Virus record (IMG/VR): IMGVR_UViG_3300025519_000052
Location: 20,362-84,361 of that record
DNA: 64,000 nucleotides
Reading direction: 5' to 3' (one strand)
Source of the DNA: a virus
Taxonomy: Duplodnaviria; Caudoviricetes
Position numbers and translations under genes: made by a program. A model generated the notes under the pieces. The model saw nothing but the letters and a program-made list of their open reading frames with translations, was not told the DNA's origin and searched no databases. Positions 1 to 9,804 of the stretch are shown here, piece by piece; positions within the stretch are counted from its first letter, which is position 1, and the number at the start of each line of letters is the position of its first letter.

Positions 1-1276
1 GTTGAGGTGTATTTTGATTTTGAGCAGAAGTTAGATTTTTAGGGTCAATAGTTGTGCCCATATTAGGAATTGTCATTAGACCTGTTTTAGGATCAAAGAA
101 GATTGCTCCTAAGTTCCAAGTAAAATAATCATTATCAAGAGCTGGCATATCAATTCGGCGTCTTGCTTCACTAATAGACAATAAACCTTTTTCCATAGCT
201 GTTACTGTTGCTTCGATTTTTTCTTTCTCAGTTGTTCTCAATAATTCAGAAACATCAAACCTAAAATAATATCCATCTTGTTTTTCAGACTCTAATAAAA
301 GTGATTTATTAAGAGCTGCTTCAATAGATGTAATAATTGGCGAAATACAATATTGAAGGAAGTGAATATTATTTTGCTCGTTCGAAGCATATTTATTTGC
401 TGAGCTATTAATCATTGATTCTGGAACATTAAAGATTCTAGCAATCTCTGCAACCGTATTTTTTCGGACATTGGTTAAGTCCAATTCATTTGGTTTCATA
501 GAGATTGGCGAATAATCAAGTCCTTCTTCAAGGATGATTGTTTTGCCAGCTTTCTTTGCTCCACCATACAAATTTTCCCAGCTAGCTCTTAATCGATTGA
601 TTGCTTTTTCTGTTAATCTTGAACTTGCTTTTAAAATACCAATTGGCAAAGCACCGTTTTTCAAAATCCCTGTTGTATAATCTTGTTCATCAAGAGCAAG
701 TCGAAGTACATCAGAATTTTGTTTTAAAATACCTTCTGAAGTAATCCCATCTTTACTATCTTTCAGAACAATGATTAAATCTTCAGGCTGGTATTGTTCT
801 TTTGTATTTCCATAAAGTAAATTAACAACTGCGGTAAACTTATAACCGTTTTGACGGTATTTTGTAATTGATATTTCTTCAATTGGAAGATTGTATAATG
901 CAATAGCATCATTTCTTACTCTCTCAACTTTTGTATATGAAGCTCCGTGGAATAAATAATCTTTTACAATTTGCTTCTTAAAATTGTATCCATTGATTAA
1001 TTCATTTGGCTCATCATTAAGCAAAAAGGTTCTTCGGTCAGGAATAGGTGTTACTTCACCTTTTTCATTTTCTTTGTAAAGATAAATTGGCAATTGAGCA
1101 ACTGATGAGGCTATTAATTCAACAGAAGTAGCTACGGCTGGGATTTTCATGGCTTGATCTTCAGTAATTTTTGCTCCATCGCCAAAAAAGGAGGTGATTG
1201 AAAAACTCCCATATGAATATTCTTGCTGATTTCGCTCTTCATCTGGGCCATTTTTCTTTTTATTAAAGATTCCCAT
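1..1276 (-). CDS. HK97-family phage portal protein (runs off the window start)
   Basis: Manual translation from ATG at 1276: MGIFNKRK...AMKIPAVATSVELIASSVAQLPIYLY...NGALPIGIL...IILEEGLDY...IARIFNVP, typical of HK97 portals; follows TerL on the same strand. Confidence 0.92.
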   Translation of the reverse strand, partial: MGIFNKKKNGPDEERNQQEYSYGSFSITSFFGDGAKITEDQAMKIPAVATSVELIASSVAQLPIYLYKENEKGEVTPIPDRRTFLLNDEPNELINGYNFKKQIVKDYLFHGASYTKVERVRNDAIALYNLPIEEISITKYRQNGYKFTAVVNLLYGNTKEQYQPEDLIIVLKDSKDGITSEGILKQNSDVLRLALDEQDYTTGILKNGALPIGILKASSRLTEKAINRLRASWENLYGGAKKAGKTIILEEGLDYSPISMKPNELDLTNVRKNTVAEIARIFNVPESMINSSANKYASNEQNNIHFLQYCISPIITSIEAALNKSLLLESEKQDGYYFRFDVSELLRTTEKEKIEATVTAMEKGLLSISEARRRIDMPALDNDYFTWNLGAIFFDPKTGLMTIPNMGTTIDPKNLTSAQNQNTPQ

Positions 1277-1466
1277 ACCCTAAAAAATGACCCTCCTTTC
1301 TTGTAAAATGAAAGCAAATTGCTACATTTTTGGCTAAATTTAAGTAATTTTTTTGACTTAAACTTAGATTTTATCTACGAAAATTAGTTTTTTTCCATAA
1401 AAAATCTCCCAAATTTAGATCAAAATGGGATAAAATGGGACTAAAATGGAAGAATTTTAACTAATT

Positions 1467-3164
1467 TTATAGGACAATTATGTCTCTTTCTTCATAAACA
1501 CTTACTAATCCTTCTTCAACATCCTTATTCCAAAGGACCATTGCATTCAGAGTGGCAGCAACCATATCAATTTTGCCGGTTGATTTCTTTTTATTTACGT
1601 AAGTATTCAAGTTATTGTCTTTAACTTCGCGAGCATTTGAGAAGTTAATTTCTAATAATTTGTTCTTTATATATTTGAAACTTCCTTTTAACACTCGTTC
1701 TTTTAAAAGTTTAGTTGCAGGATGCAAAACACTTGAATGTTGCTTTATTTCAATTGTATTATATCCAGCTTCATACCATCTGTTAGCAGAAGAAATAGCA
1801 TTATAACGGTCATAACCAATACCGCGAATTTTTACACCATATTTTTCTTCAAGCGAAAGAACAAAATCTTCTACAAATCTATAACTTATAACTTTATCTC
1901 CACAAAAGAAGCAATATCCATTGTCCCTCATTATAAAGTAATCAATTTTTTCAACTCTACTTTTTTCATGGGCTCTTTCCTCTGGGATAAATGCCCATGC
2001 CTGTGCAACATATTCATCTTTTTCAACGTCATAAGTTACCATTGAAACTGCTGTATTGTCTGTTGTTTGAGATAAGTCAACACCAACATAGACTTCTCTT
2101 CCTGTCCAATCATATTCATCAATTCGTCCTTTTTTAAGTTCTTCAGTTGGAATATAAACTTCTGAATCATCACCATCAACGAATATATTCATATGCTTAG
2201 TCAAGAAGTTTTTCTTAGTGCTTGGAAGTTCAATTGCTGTTTTTCTTTTTTTCTTCAAATATTCTAGGTTCTCTGGAAGATCATTACAAAGAGGATTTGC
2301 TTCCAATAATGATTTATCAGATAACCAATCTTTCGGATCATCTGGTGCATAAATTAAAGCAAATAAAGTTTCATCTTGAATTAATCCATCAAGAACTTTC
2401 TTAGCAAATTCAACTTCTTCAGCCATCGGATTATTCAATGATTCATATGCTGTTGAGATTAATATTCCTGTACGGTTGACCATGTTCATCTGTGAAGATT
2501 GCATGGCATCAATTGGATAACGATTTCTTAAAGCACCAACTTCATCAGCAACAAATACATTTGCTTTACGGCCATCCATCCTGTTTTCAGAGTAAGCAAG
2601 TGGAACAAATTTAGATTTTGTAAGAGTACATCTAATTTCGCTCCTTGTAATCTGGAAATATTTTTGGATTAATGGGGAAGCTAATATTGCTTGCTCAACT
2701 TCCTTCTTAACGATAGAAGAAAGTTCTCTATCTGGCGCGACTGAATAGAACTCTGAAAATTCAGGTTCAATCAATAACAGAATTATAAAGATCAACGCAA
2801 CTAAGAATGATTTACCTGATTTACGAGCAATAAGTAGAACTGATTTTTCATATCTTCTTTTTATTGGATTATCTTTGTGCTTCCAACATAAAGCATTAAC
2901 TAAAAAGAACCATTGAAATGGAGCCAATGCGTCATGTGTTGGAGTACCAGCTTTTAATCCAGAAGCCATGTTAATCAATTTTGTAAGATCAGTAATCTTC
3001 TTTAGTTCATTTTCATCAATAAAATATTTTGAATCCTCATTATTTAATTCATCTAAGAATTGTTGACATGCTTTTATAACATACTTACCAGCAATGATAT
3101 GTTTCTCAGTTACTTGGAGAGCATACTGATAAGCAGCATGATCCTTAATGTATGAGGAAACCAT
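1467..3164 (-). CDS. terL: Terminase large subunit
   Basis: Walker A IARKSGKS, Walker B VADEVG, nuclease GVDLSQTTD and KIDMVAA motifs. Confidence 0.96.
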   Translation of the reverse strand: MVSSYIKDHAAYQYALQVTEKHIIAGKYVIKACQQFLDELNNEDSKYFIDENELKKITDLTKLINMASGLKAGTPTHDALAPFQWFFLVNALCWKHKDNPIKRRYEKSVLLIARKSGKSFLVALIFIILLLIEPEFSEFYSVAPDRELSSIVKKEVEQAILASPLIQKYFQITRSEIRCTLTKSKFVPLAYSENRMDGRKANVFVADEVGALRNRYPIDAMQSSQMNMVNRTGILISTAYESLNNPMAEEVEFAKKVLDGLIQDETLFALIYAPDDPKDWLSDKSLLEANPLCNDLPENLEYLKKKRKTAIELPSTKKNFLTKHMNIFVDGDDSEVYIPTEELKKGRIDEYDWTGREVYVGVDLSQTTDNTAVSMVTYDVEKDEYVAQAWAFIPEERAHEKSRVEKIDYFIMRDNGYCFFCGDKVISYRFVEDFVLSLEEKYGVKIRGIGYDRYNAISSANRWYEAGYNTIEIKQHSSVLHPATKLLKERVLKGSFKYIKNKLLEINFSNAREVKDNNLNTYVNKKKSTGKIDMVAATLNAMVLWNKDVEEGLVSVYEERDIIVL

Positions 3165-3188
3165 ATCATCACCTTCAGCATTATTGAT

Positions 3189-3255
3189 TCAGCGAGATGG
3201 GAATCGAATCCACATTTTTGCTACTGGCTACCATTTGCCATTAAATTACTCGCTG
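3189..3255 (-). pseudogene. Degenerate tRNA-like element
   Basis: 7-bp acceptor CAGCGAG/CTCGCTG, D-arm ATTT-AATGGC-AAAT, T-arm GTGGA-TTCGATT-CCCAT; the anticodon arm is short and poorly paired; no encoded CCA. Confidence 0.55.
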
Positions 3256-3306
3256 GTAATATTAAAAAGATCCTTGCGCCAATCGGAGTAAGCGCAGGGA
3301 CCTTAA

Positions 3307-3801
3307 TTATGAGCTTCTTAATATTTTTAATAATGGATCAGCTTCTTCTTTTTTCTTCTCAATCTTCATTCCAGCTAATTGAGCACGAGATGATGGACTT
3401 AATCCAAGTTGAGTTGCCAAAAATCTAAATTGATTAAGATATTTTTGTTTAGTCCCAACAGCTGGATTTTCTTTCTCTATTTCATGACCATAACGGTCAA
3501 TTTGCTTAATTATAATACCTTCTTCATTAATTATTTTATCAGCTTGTCTCATTTTACTTAGACAATCAGCAGTTTGTTCGAGTAATGGCTTGTCTAAGTT
3601 TGACAAAATATCATTAATCTCTAATTCATTAACTAAAAATGTATAATATTCTTTGGCAAGCTCATCAAGATGTTCAGGAACTTTATAAATTAAATCCTTG
3701 TTTCCTATAAGCTTTTGCTCTTCTGCTGCGCGTTTTTTTAATTGGGCTTTAGACTCTGAATGTCCTTGTTTAAGAGATGCGGGCTTTTTAGGCCTTGCCA
3801 T
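3307..3801 (-). CDS. terS: P27-family terminase small subunit
   Basis: MARPKKP start, ENPAVGTKQKY, LGLSPSSRAQL motif; lies upstream of TerL. Confidence 0.93.
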   Translation of the reverse strand: MARPKKPASLKQGHSESKAQLKKRAAEEQKLIGNKDLIYKVPEHLDELAKEYYTFLVNELEINDILSNLDKPLLEQTADCLSKMRQADKIINEEGIIIKQIDRYGHEIEKENPAVGTKQKYLNQFRFLATQLGLSPSSRAQLAGMKIEKKKEEADPLLKILRSS

Positions 3802-3819
3802 ATTATTGCCCTCCTCTCT

Positions 3820-4236
3820 TTAAAGCTTGAAATCAAAATCTGTATTTTTTAAATCAATATTCGGCTTGAAATCTAACTCTTTATTTGTACCAAGTTGTAA
3901 GTTACAAGTTTTACAAAGTGTAATCAGATTTGATTCATCATAGATTAAATCAGGGTACTCAATACGAGGTTTTATATGATGAATTTGTAAATTCTCACTG
4001 TTAATAATGCCATACTTAATAAGACATCTTTGACAAATTCCCTTATCTCTTTTAATTATTAGAGAACGAAGTTTTCTCCATCTAGCTGTTTTTAACGGTG
4101 CTAAAATCTCTTTGTGCTCTTTATAATAATTTCGTTGATATTTATTTTTGTTATTTCCCTTTTTGCAAGAACAAGTTTCATTAAACGGTATTCGCTTACC
4201 ACAATTTGAGCAAATCTTCATTTTCTTGTTGCTCAT
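3820..4236 (-). CDS. HNH endonuclease (packaging-associated, HK97 gp74-like)
   Basis: CQRC...IHHIKP...NLITLCKTCN; adjacent to TerS; likely start is the ATG at 4236 (MSNKK). Confidence 0.88.
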   Translation of the reverse strand: MSNKKMKICSNCGKRIPFNETCSCKKGNNKNKYQRNYYKEHKEILAPLKTARWRKLRSLIIKRDKGICQRCLIKYGIINSENLQIHHIKPRIEYPDLIYDESNLITLCKTCNLQLGTNKELDFKPNIDLKNTDFDFKL

Positions 4237-4429
4237 CTTCATCATCCAACTCAAATTCATCTAATTCTTCTTGTTCTGCACCGCAATAAGAACACTCATA
4301 TACTATTTTTCCTTGTTCATTTTTATATTTAATAATATGAGAACCACAATATTCACAAATTTTCCCTGTGCGATTATCCTTCATTTTTCTCACTACTTTT
4401 AAACTCATTTTGAAGTTAATCTCAAACAA
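4196..4429 (-). CDS. Small zinc-ribbon protein
   Basis: CEYC...CSYC with an acidic tail. Confidence 0.55.
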   Translation of the reverse strand: MFEINFKMSLKVVRKMKDNRTGKICEYCGSHIIKYKNEQGKIVYECSYCGAEQEELDEFELDDEDEQQENEDLLKLW

Positions 4430-4894
4430 ATTGCTTTTTCATACACTTAAAATGTCTCTATTTAAAAATATCTCTATAATATAATGTGCACAACTAGAAG
4501 TTTTCAGACACATTTTACATAAAAAATTAAAAAATTTTTTCAATAAAGCACGTACAATAAGTCAAAAAATAGTGCAAAAAAATAAGCAGCCAATAAGCTG
4601 CTTTATTGAATTGGCTTCATAATATGTTCTTAAGAATCCAATATCTTTTTCCATAGGTGTCTGAACTTAACCTCCACATGTTTGTTTTCATCTTCCGTAT
4701 ATCATGTAGATTGAAAATCTGAACAAAAACAAAAAATTATTGCTGCGAATTTGACTCATACGGCTTGCATTTTGTTTCAGAGGGTTATTGCAAAGGGGTA
4801 AGGGTTAAAATGCGATACAGTGAGAATATGGAGTCCTGTGGGCAAAATAAAAAGCCTATTGATTTCACGCAAAAATCTCGTTTTGGGATGTTCG

Positions 4895-4960
4895 TTGTGA
4901 ACGAACCCCCGCGGTCTATCCCGTTGTCTGAATATTTTTTTTTTAAAAAGTAGGGGGGAT
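4895..4960. other. Candidate cos region
   Basis: GC-rich CCCCCGCGG core (about 4906-4914) and a GGGGGG run (about 4953-4958) in AT-rich DNA upstream of HNH-TerS; P27 TerS plus HNH implies cos packaging (inference). Confidence 0.35.
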
Positions 4961-5431
4961 ACTTTTTTCAGAAATTTTTTAGCTTCCAAATTTTATAATC
5001 AAAAAATATATCCACTATGCCCTGCAATTTCATCAAATTAAACGAATTTGAGAGAATTTTTGATATATAAAATATCTCCAAACAATATTAAATTATGATC
5101 AACGGTGCGATTTCTTAAAGATAATTAAAAAACAAACGAAGCATGCAAAAACAATAGACAAATAATATCAAACCATTTTGCTGAGATTAACAAAATAGTA
5201 ATTCAAAAGCAAAAAGAATAAGTAATCATAAACCCTCACACTATGCCTGCTACCCCATTAAAGAACCCCATTAAAAGAGCCCATTAAATAAGAACATAAA
5301 GGATTAAGAAAGATACTGCTAACCAGAACTCTTAGCTTTACAAAAATAATTAACTCGATATAAAAGTATAGGTATTTAATTTTTTATTTATAAATCCTTT
5401 ACAAATACAATCTTCAAGATATAAATATACA

Positions 5432-5755
5432 AGAATAACTTAATACATTTGCAGACATATTAGAAGCTGAGAGTTAAACTGCATTATCAAATATAACTCC
5501 AAGGTTAGCTGAAGCCGATGCTATAAAGTTCAGCCGTTGGATATACCAATTGATCGATAGTAACCGACCTTATTACTAATCTTGCAATCAGTTGGTAAGT
5601 TATCCATCGTAAGGGCTTTTGATGTTTGAGCCTTGATGAATTAACATCTTAATCAACATCGGGAGGAGAACTCAATTAGAGGTTGATAACGCTGGCCACA
5701 AGTAAGGTTATCATTTGTCTCTACTGGAAGCTTGTGGAGTATATACTGGCTTATT
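5432..5755 (+). ncRNA. Candidate structured non-coding RNA
   Basis: ORF-free island with higher GC behind two phage-type promoters (5337, 5398); several complementary segments, including two H-type pseudoknot arrangements. Confidence 0.5.
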
Positions 5756-6267
5756 ATATATAAATTAAATAAAAAATTAAACATAATAAATAAAATAATT
5801 ATATAAATAAATAAATAAAAATAAAACAAATAACTAAATAAAAAATAAAATAAAAATAAAAATAAATAATTAATTAATCTAGAATTGCTTTAGCAATTCG
5901 AGAAGGCGAAGCCGTAAGGCGAGCCTAATAGATAACTATATTACATATCAATTAACTTAAATATAAAAATCAAATACAAATAACAATAATAATTATTAAT
6001 TATAAATTAATCAGAGAAGTTATCTATGGTTATTAAGTATAAATAAGTATTTGAATAAAAAGAAATATACACTACCATAAAAACTCTAAAGAATATTTAT
6101 ATTATTCATCTAATACAAATCTTAAGGCTCATCATTTAGCTTGCCTTAGGATTGGCAAACGGACTTGAAACAAAAATTTGTAATCTTTAAGCTTACGTTT
6201 TAATTTCTTTCGATATAAGGAATTGCGTAATAACTCAATTGCCTTATAGAATTGGAGGAAATTAACG

Positions 6268-6558
6268 ATGTTTGAAGATTACATTATCACAAAGCATGCT
6301 ATTGAAAGATATGCAGAAAGGATTAAATGCAATAAGAAAGATATTATTAAAAGAATCAAAAATGATTTATATTTTACTAAAGTAAAAAAAATTATTAACA
6401 ATGGTGATACTCGTTATGTATTTACACGTAACTCTAAAGAATTCATCTTTAAGAATGATAACGGTAAATGGATTTTAAAAACAGTTATTAAAAGAAGCAG
6501 AAATACAAATGCATATGCAATGCAAAAGAGAGCCAGATTATCTAATTCTGCAGTTTAA
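6268..6558 (+). CDS. Hypothetical protein, possible RelE/DUF4258-like fold
   Basis: ITKHAIERYAER N-terminal motif; good RBS; phage-type promoter at 6192. Confidence 0.55.
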   Translation: MFEDYIITKHAIERYAERIKCNKKDIIKRIKNDLYFTKVKKIINNGDTRYVFTRNSKEFIFKNDNGKWILKTVIKRSRNTNAYAMQKRARLSNSAV

Positions 6559-6599
6559 TAATTAATAAAGATATAAGAATAATTGAGGAAGTGCAATTC

Positions 6600-6959
6600 A
6601 TGAATAAAGCCAATGAAGTGGCAATCAAAAAAGTAAAAGATTGGCTTGACGCAGAAGGAAAATCCATTCAAGATCTTGCTGAGGAAGTAGGAATCAATAA
6701 ATCTTTAATGAAATATATTTTAACAGGAAAATGTCAATTTCTTCCAAACAGAATGGCTCAAGTCGCAAAAGTTATGGGAATTACCGTTGAAGAATTGCTA
6801 GCTGAAGATCATTCAGAAAAATCTTATGTACTTTCTTTACATGGGAAAGCCAATTCGAGGATTGCCAAACGACAGTTGGAAAATATGTTATTTGCAATTG
6901 AAGATTGCTTACGGATTGAAGAAATCAATCGTGCTATTGGGAATAAACTATATGAATAA
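6600..6959 (+). CDS. XRE-family HTH regulator
   Basis: SIQDLAEEVGINKSLMKYILTG...VAKVMGITVEELL. Confidence 0.85.
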   Translation: MNKANEVAIKKVKDWLDAEGKSIQDLAEEVGINKSLMKYILTGKCQFLPNRMAQVAKVMGITVEELLAEDHSEKSYVLSLHGKANSRIAKRQLENMLFAIEDCLRIEEINRAIGNKLYE

Positions 6960-7136
6960 GTTGAAATTACAGTTGAATATGGAAGAAACTTATCATAGGC
7001 AGCCAAAAGGCTGTCTTTTTATTATAATCAAACCGTAATAGTTATGTAAAGTCAATTAAATTTACTCTCTTAATTTAAACGATACAATAATAAAGATTCG
7101 TAGATAGAGAGAAGAATCAAATAAATTATTAGGAGC

Positions 7137-7685
7137 GTGCAAAACCCAATGAAAAAACTAATTGCACCAATTGCATTAGGACTATCAACGCTAATTGCCA
7201 CTCCCTCAGATACTTTTGCTTATACGGTTAAAAGTGGGGATACAATGAGTAAAATTGCAAAAGAAAATAATATTTCTTTGCAAGATTTATCAAAGGCTAA
7301 CCCACAAATCAAAAACATTGATTTGATTTATGTTGGCCAAAATATCAATCTTTCTGCCAAAGAAAAAACACCATCACAACCTTCTTCAGTGAACAATGAA
7401 GGATTTAAAAATTTTATTTCAACTGCCTATTCTACTGGTTCAGTAACTGCAACAGGAACTTCAGTTAGTCAAGGTAGAACAATTGCAGTTGATCCAAATG
7501 TAATTCCATTAGGCTCAAAAGTTGAAATTATTTTTCCGTCCGAATATTCATATTTGAATGGAATTTATGTTGCTGAAGATACAGGTGGTGCAATCAAAGG
7601 CAATAAGATTGATTTGTATCTAAATTCCAAATCTGCTTGTATCAATTTTGGAGTTAGAAACGTACAATTAAAAATTATTGAATAA
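7137..7685 (+). CDS. Secreted LysM + 3D-domain muralytic protein (YocH/Sps-like)
   Basis: Signal peptide, LysM ([13 protein letters not shown]), 3D domain (STAY...TATG...IAVDPNVIPLGS...AEDTGGAIKGNKIDLY). Confidence 0.92.
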   Translation: MQNPMKKLIAPIALGLSTLIATPSDTFAYTVKSGDTMSKIAKENNISLQDLSKANPQIKNIDLIYVGQNINLSAKEKTPSQPSSVNNEGFKNFISTAYSTGSVTATGTSVSQGRTIAVDPNVIPLGSKVEIIFPSEYSYLNGIYVAEDTGGAIKGNKIDLYLNSKSACINFGVRNVQLKIIE

Positions 7686-8041
7686 GGAACTTAAGTTCCT
7701 TCTTTTTTTATCAAAATAGATAAGAATATTCTTACTTATAAATAAAAACAAAAAATGGGAGTAATTCAATAATGAACTATATAAATACATCCATCTTCAA
7801 AATTTGAATTGGTTGTGTCGCAAACATAAAGTCCTTTCCACTTGCAAATCCATTCTTAATTCTTTTAACCCTTTCCTATGCTGCTCTATGATGTATATTG
7901 TGTATTATGTTTCATTCATGCTTACTTTAGGTTAAATAAAATTTTAAATAAATTTTTAAATAGGGGCGTACAAAACAGCAGAAACGCGTTAATATATTTA
8001 TAGAGAAAAAAACTCAACTACTAAATGAAGGAGCGATTTAA

Positions 8042-8515
8042 ATGCTGGATATTTGTGTCGAGAAATTAAATACTGGAAGTTGGAAATGGTTTAACCTAGA
8101 TAAAGTTGGAGCCGACGAAATTCAAGAATGGTTGAATGGCCAAGAATGGGAAATTGTTGATATTGAAGGTGGAAACACCTTGTATCGTGAATTAAGATAT
8201 ATGCCATTTGAAAAAATTAAAGAATTAAATGAAATGATTGAAGATGAACAACATTTGCAAATTGCAATTGAGATTTTAAAAAGAGGCATTGTAAATAATC
8301 TTGAAGAAGCATTGGAATATGAAAATTACAGATTATATAATAATTGTAGTAGTATGGAAGATGTTGCTTATGAAGTTGTTGAAGAAAGTGGAATGTTGAG
8401 TGATGTTCCGGATCATTTAAGTAGATATTTCGATTATTCCTCTTATGGTCGTGATTTAGAAAGTAATGGTACATTCGTTCAATTAGATAATAATACGTAC
8501 TTAGAAATTTGGTAA
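8042..8515 (+). CDS. ardA: ArdA-family antirestriction protein
   Basis: Acidic protein; N-terminal GSWKWF; C-terminal YFDYSSYGRDL motif. Confidence 0.85.
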   Translation: MLDICVEKLNTGSWKWFNLDKVGADEIQEWLNGQEWEIVDIEGGNTLYRELRYMPFEKIKELNEMIEDEQHLQIAIEILKRGIVNNLEEALEYENYRLYNNCSSMEDVAYEVVEESGMLSDVPDHLSRYFDYSSYGRDLESNGTFVQLDNNTYLEIW

Positions 8516-8636
8516 AAATATAAAGCGAAGGCGCCCTAGTGGCGTCTTTTTTTATTTGGCCATTTCCCTTACGTTTCCATCTGACAAGATATAAAAATAT
8601 TAGGAAACATAACAAATAACCGGAGGAGAAATTATT

Positions 8637-9707
8637 ATGGCCAAATTTAACGCACAAGCAAATTTTACAGCTGAACTTGATGGAACAACTGTGAATGAAA
8701 TAAATAAAAAACTTGACTACTCAAAAAATAAGTTAGATGATCGTAAAAAAATCGTTGAAGATATTTTAAACGAAACAGACTTCTTTGTTGAATATTTCTC
8801 TGAATATTTTAATCCAAATATTAATAATGTAGATTATCTTTCATCTAATATTAACGTCTGCAAATCTCTTGAAAGAATGGCAAATTACCTTCTTAACTCA
8901 AAAGAAATTAAGCAGCAAGAAGATGCTGAAAAAACTCAATATGTCTTTTATACTGATGAAAAATATTTTCAAAGGAAATTAAATAAAGAAAAGTCTATCG
9001 AGTCAATTACACAAGATAATAAAGATAATGTAATTCACTTTTTGAAACGCAACGAACCAAACTACAAAAAAGAGAAAAAACAAACTATCAATTTGACCAG
9101 AAACGATAAAGTGAGATTTAAAAATAAAGCTGTTAAGAAAAATGAACAAGAATTAAAACGAATTCTCAATGATTATCAGCAGTTTCATGATTTTCTTACT
9201 GAAAAATTAGTTGATAAAAATAAATTAGCTAACCGATACCTTTTATCGAAAACAAAAAGCCAGGTTGAACAAGATATGATTTATACCAAAGACTCTTTCT
9301 TAAGGATTTTTGGTTATAATCTTCAAAACTTCCATGAGTCAACTGTTCCAACCTTAGATGTTTTTGATTTTACGAATCCTCTACATGTTAAAGGTGGAAA
9401 AGTAACTTTTGTTGATAATGCAGGAAATGAGCATGAAGTTTATGCTAAAGGCTTATTGTATTTCAAAAATGATTTTGATCCAAATAATGAATTTAGTTTT
9501 GTTATTGCCGATTTCAATAAAACTGTGGATCAAGCCGGGTTAACTAATGATGAAAAATTTGTATTGAATTCAATTCGTAACGGTTTAACTCAAGAAGAAA
9601 TTGCTGCTGAGCTTGGAACTTATCAGAAAAAAATTTCAAGGATGATAGATATAATTGCTAACAAAGTAATGAGAGTTGGAAATAAATATGACTTAGCAGA
9701 GGAATAA
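8637..9707 (+). CDS. Putative transcription regulator with C-terminal sigma-region-4/LuxR-like HTH
   Basis: LTNDEKFVLNSIRNGLTQEEIAAELGTYQKKISRM at the C-terminus. Confidence 0.6.
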   Translation: MAKFNAQANFTAELDGTTVNEINKKLDYSKNKLDDRKKIVEDILNETDFFVEYFSEYFNPNINNVDYLSSNINVCKSLERMANYLLNSKEIKQQEDAEKTQYVFYTDEKYFQRKLNKEKSIESITQDNKDNVIHFLKRNEPNYKKEKKQTINLTRNDKVRFKNKAVKKNEQELKRILNDYQQFHDFLTEKLVDKNKLANRYLLSKTKSQVEQDMIYTKDSFLRIFGYNLQNFHESTVPTLDVFDFTNPLHVKGGKVTFVDNAGNEHEVYAKGLLYFKNDFDPNNEFSFVIADFNKTVDQAGLTNDEKFVLNSIRNGLTQEEIAAELGTYQKKISRMIDIIANKVMRVGNKYDLAEE

Positions 9708-9804
9708 TTTTCCTCTCTTTTTTTATTTTTAGCTTACGAATCAAATCATCGAGATAAAAAAATTAAGAATCGCGACTCCATATTTTGGAAATGGAGGAAC
9801 TCTT

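Noticed and set aside
4765-4989. Two short opposing ORFs
   Set aside because: No RBS; they overlap the candidate cos region.
5461-5500. Hammerhead ribozyme or TPP riboswitch from the GCTGAGA motif
   Set aside because: The remaining conserved cores (CUGAnGA...GAAA; ACCUGAU) are absent.
8637-9707. Arbitrium AimR-AimP system expected for SPbeta-like phages
   Set aside because: No TPR receptor followed by a short secreted-peptide gene was seen anywhere in the window.
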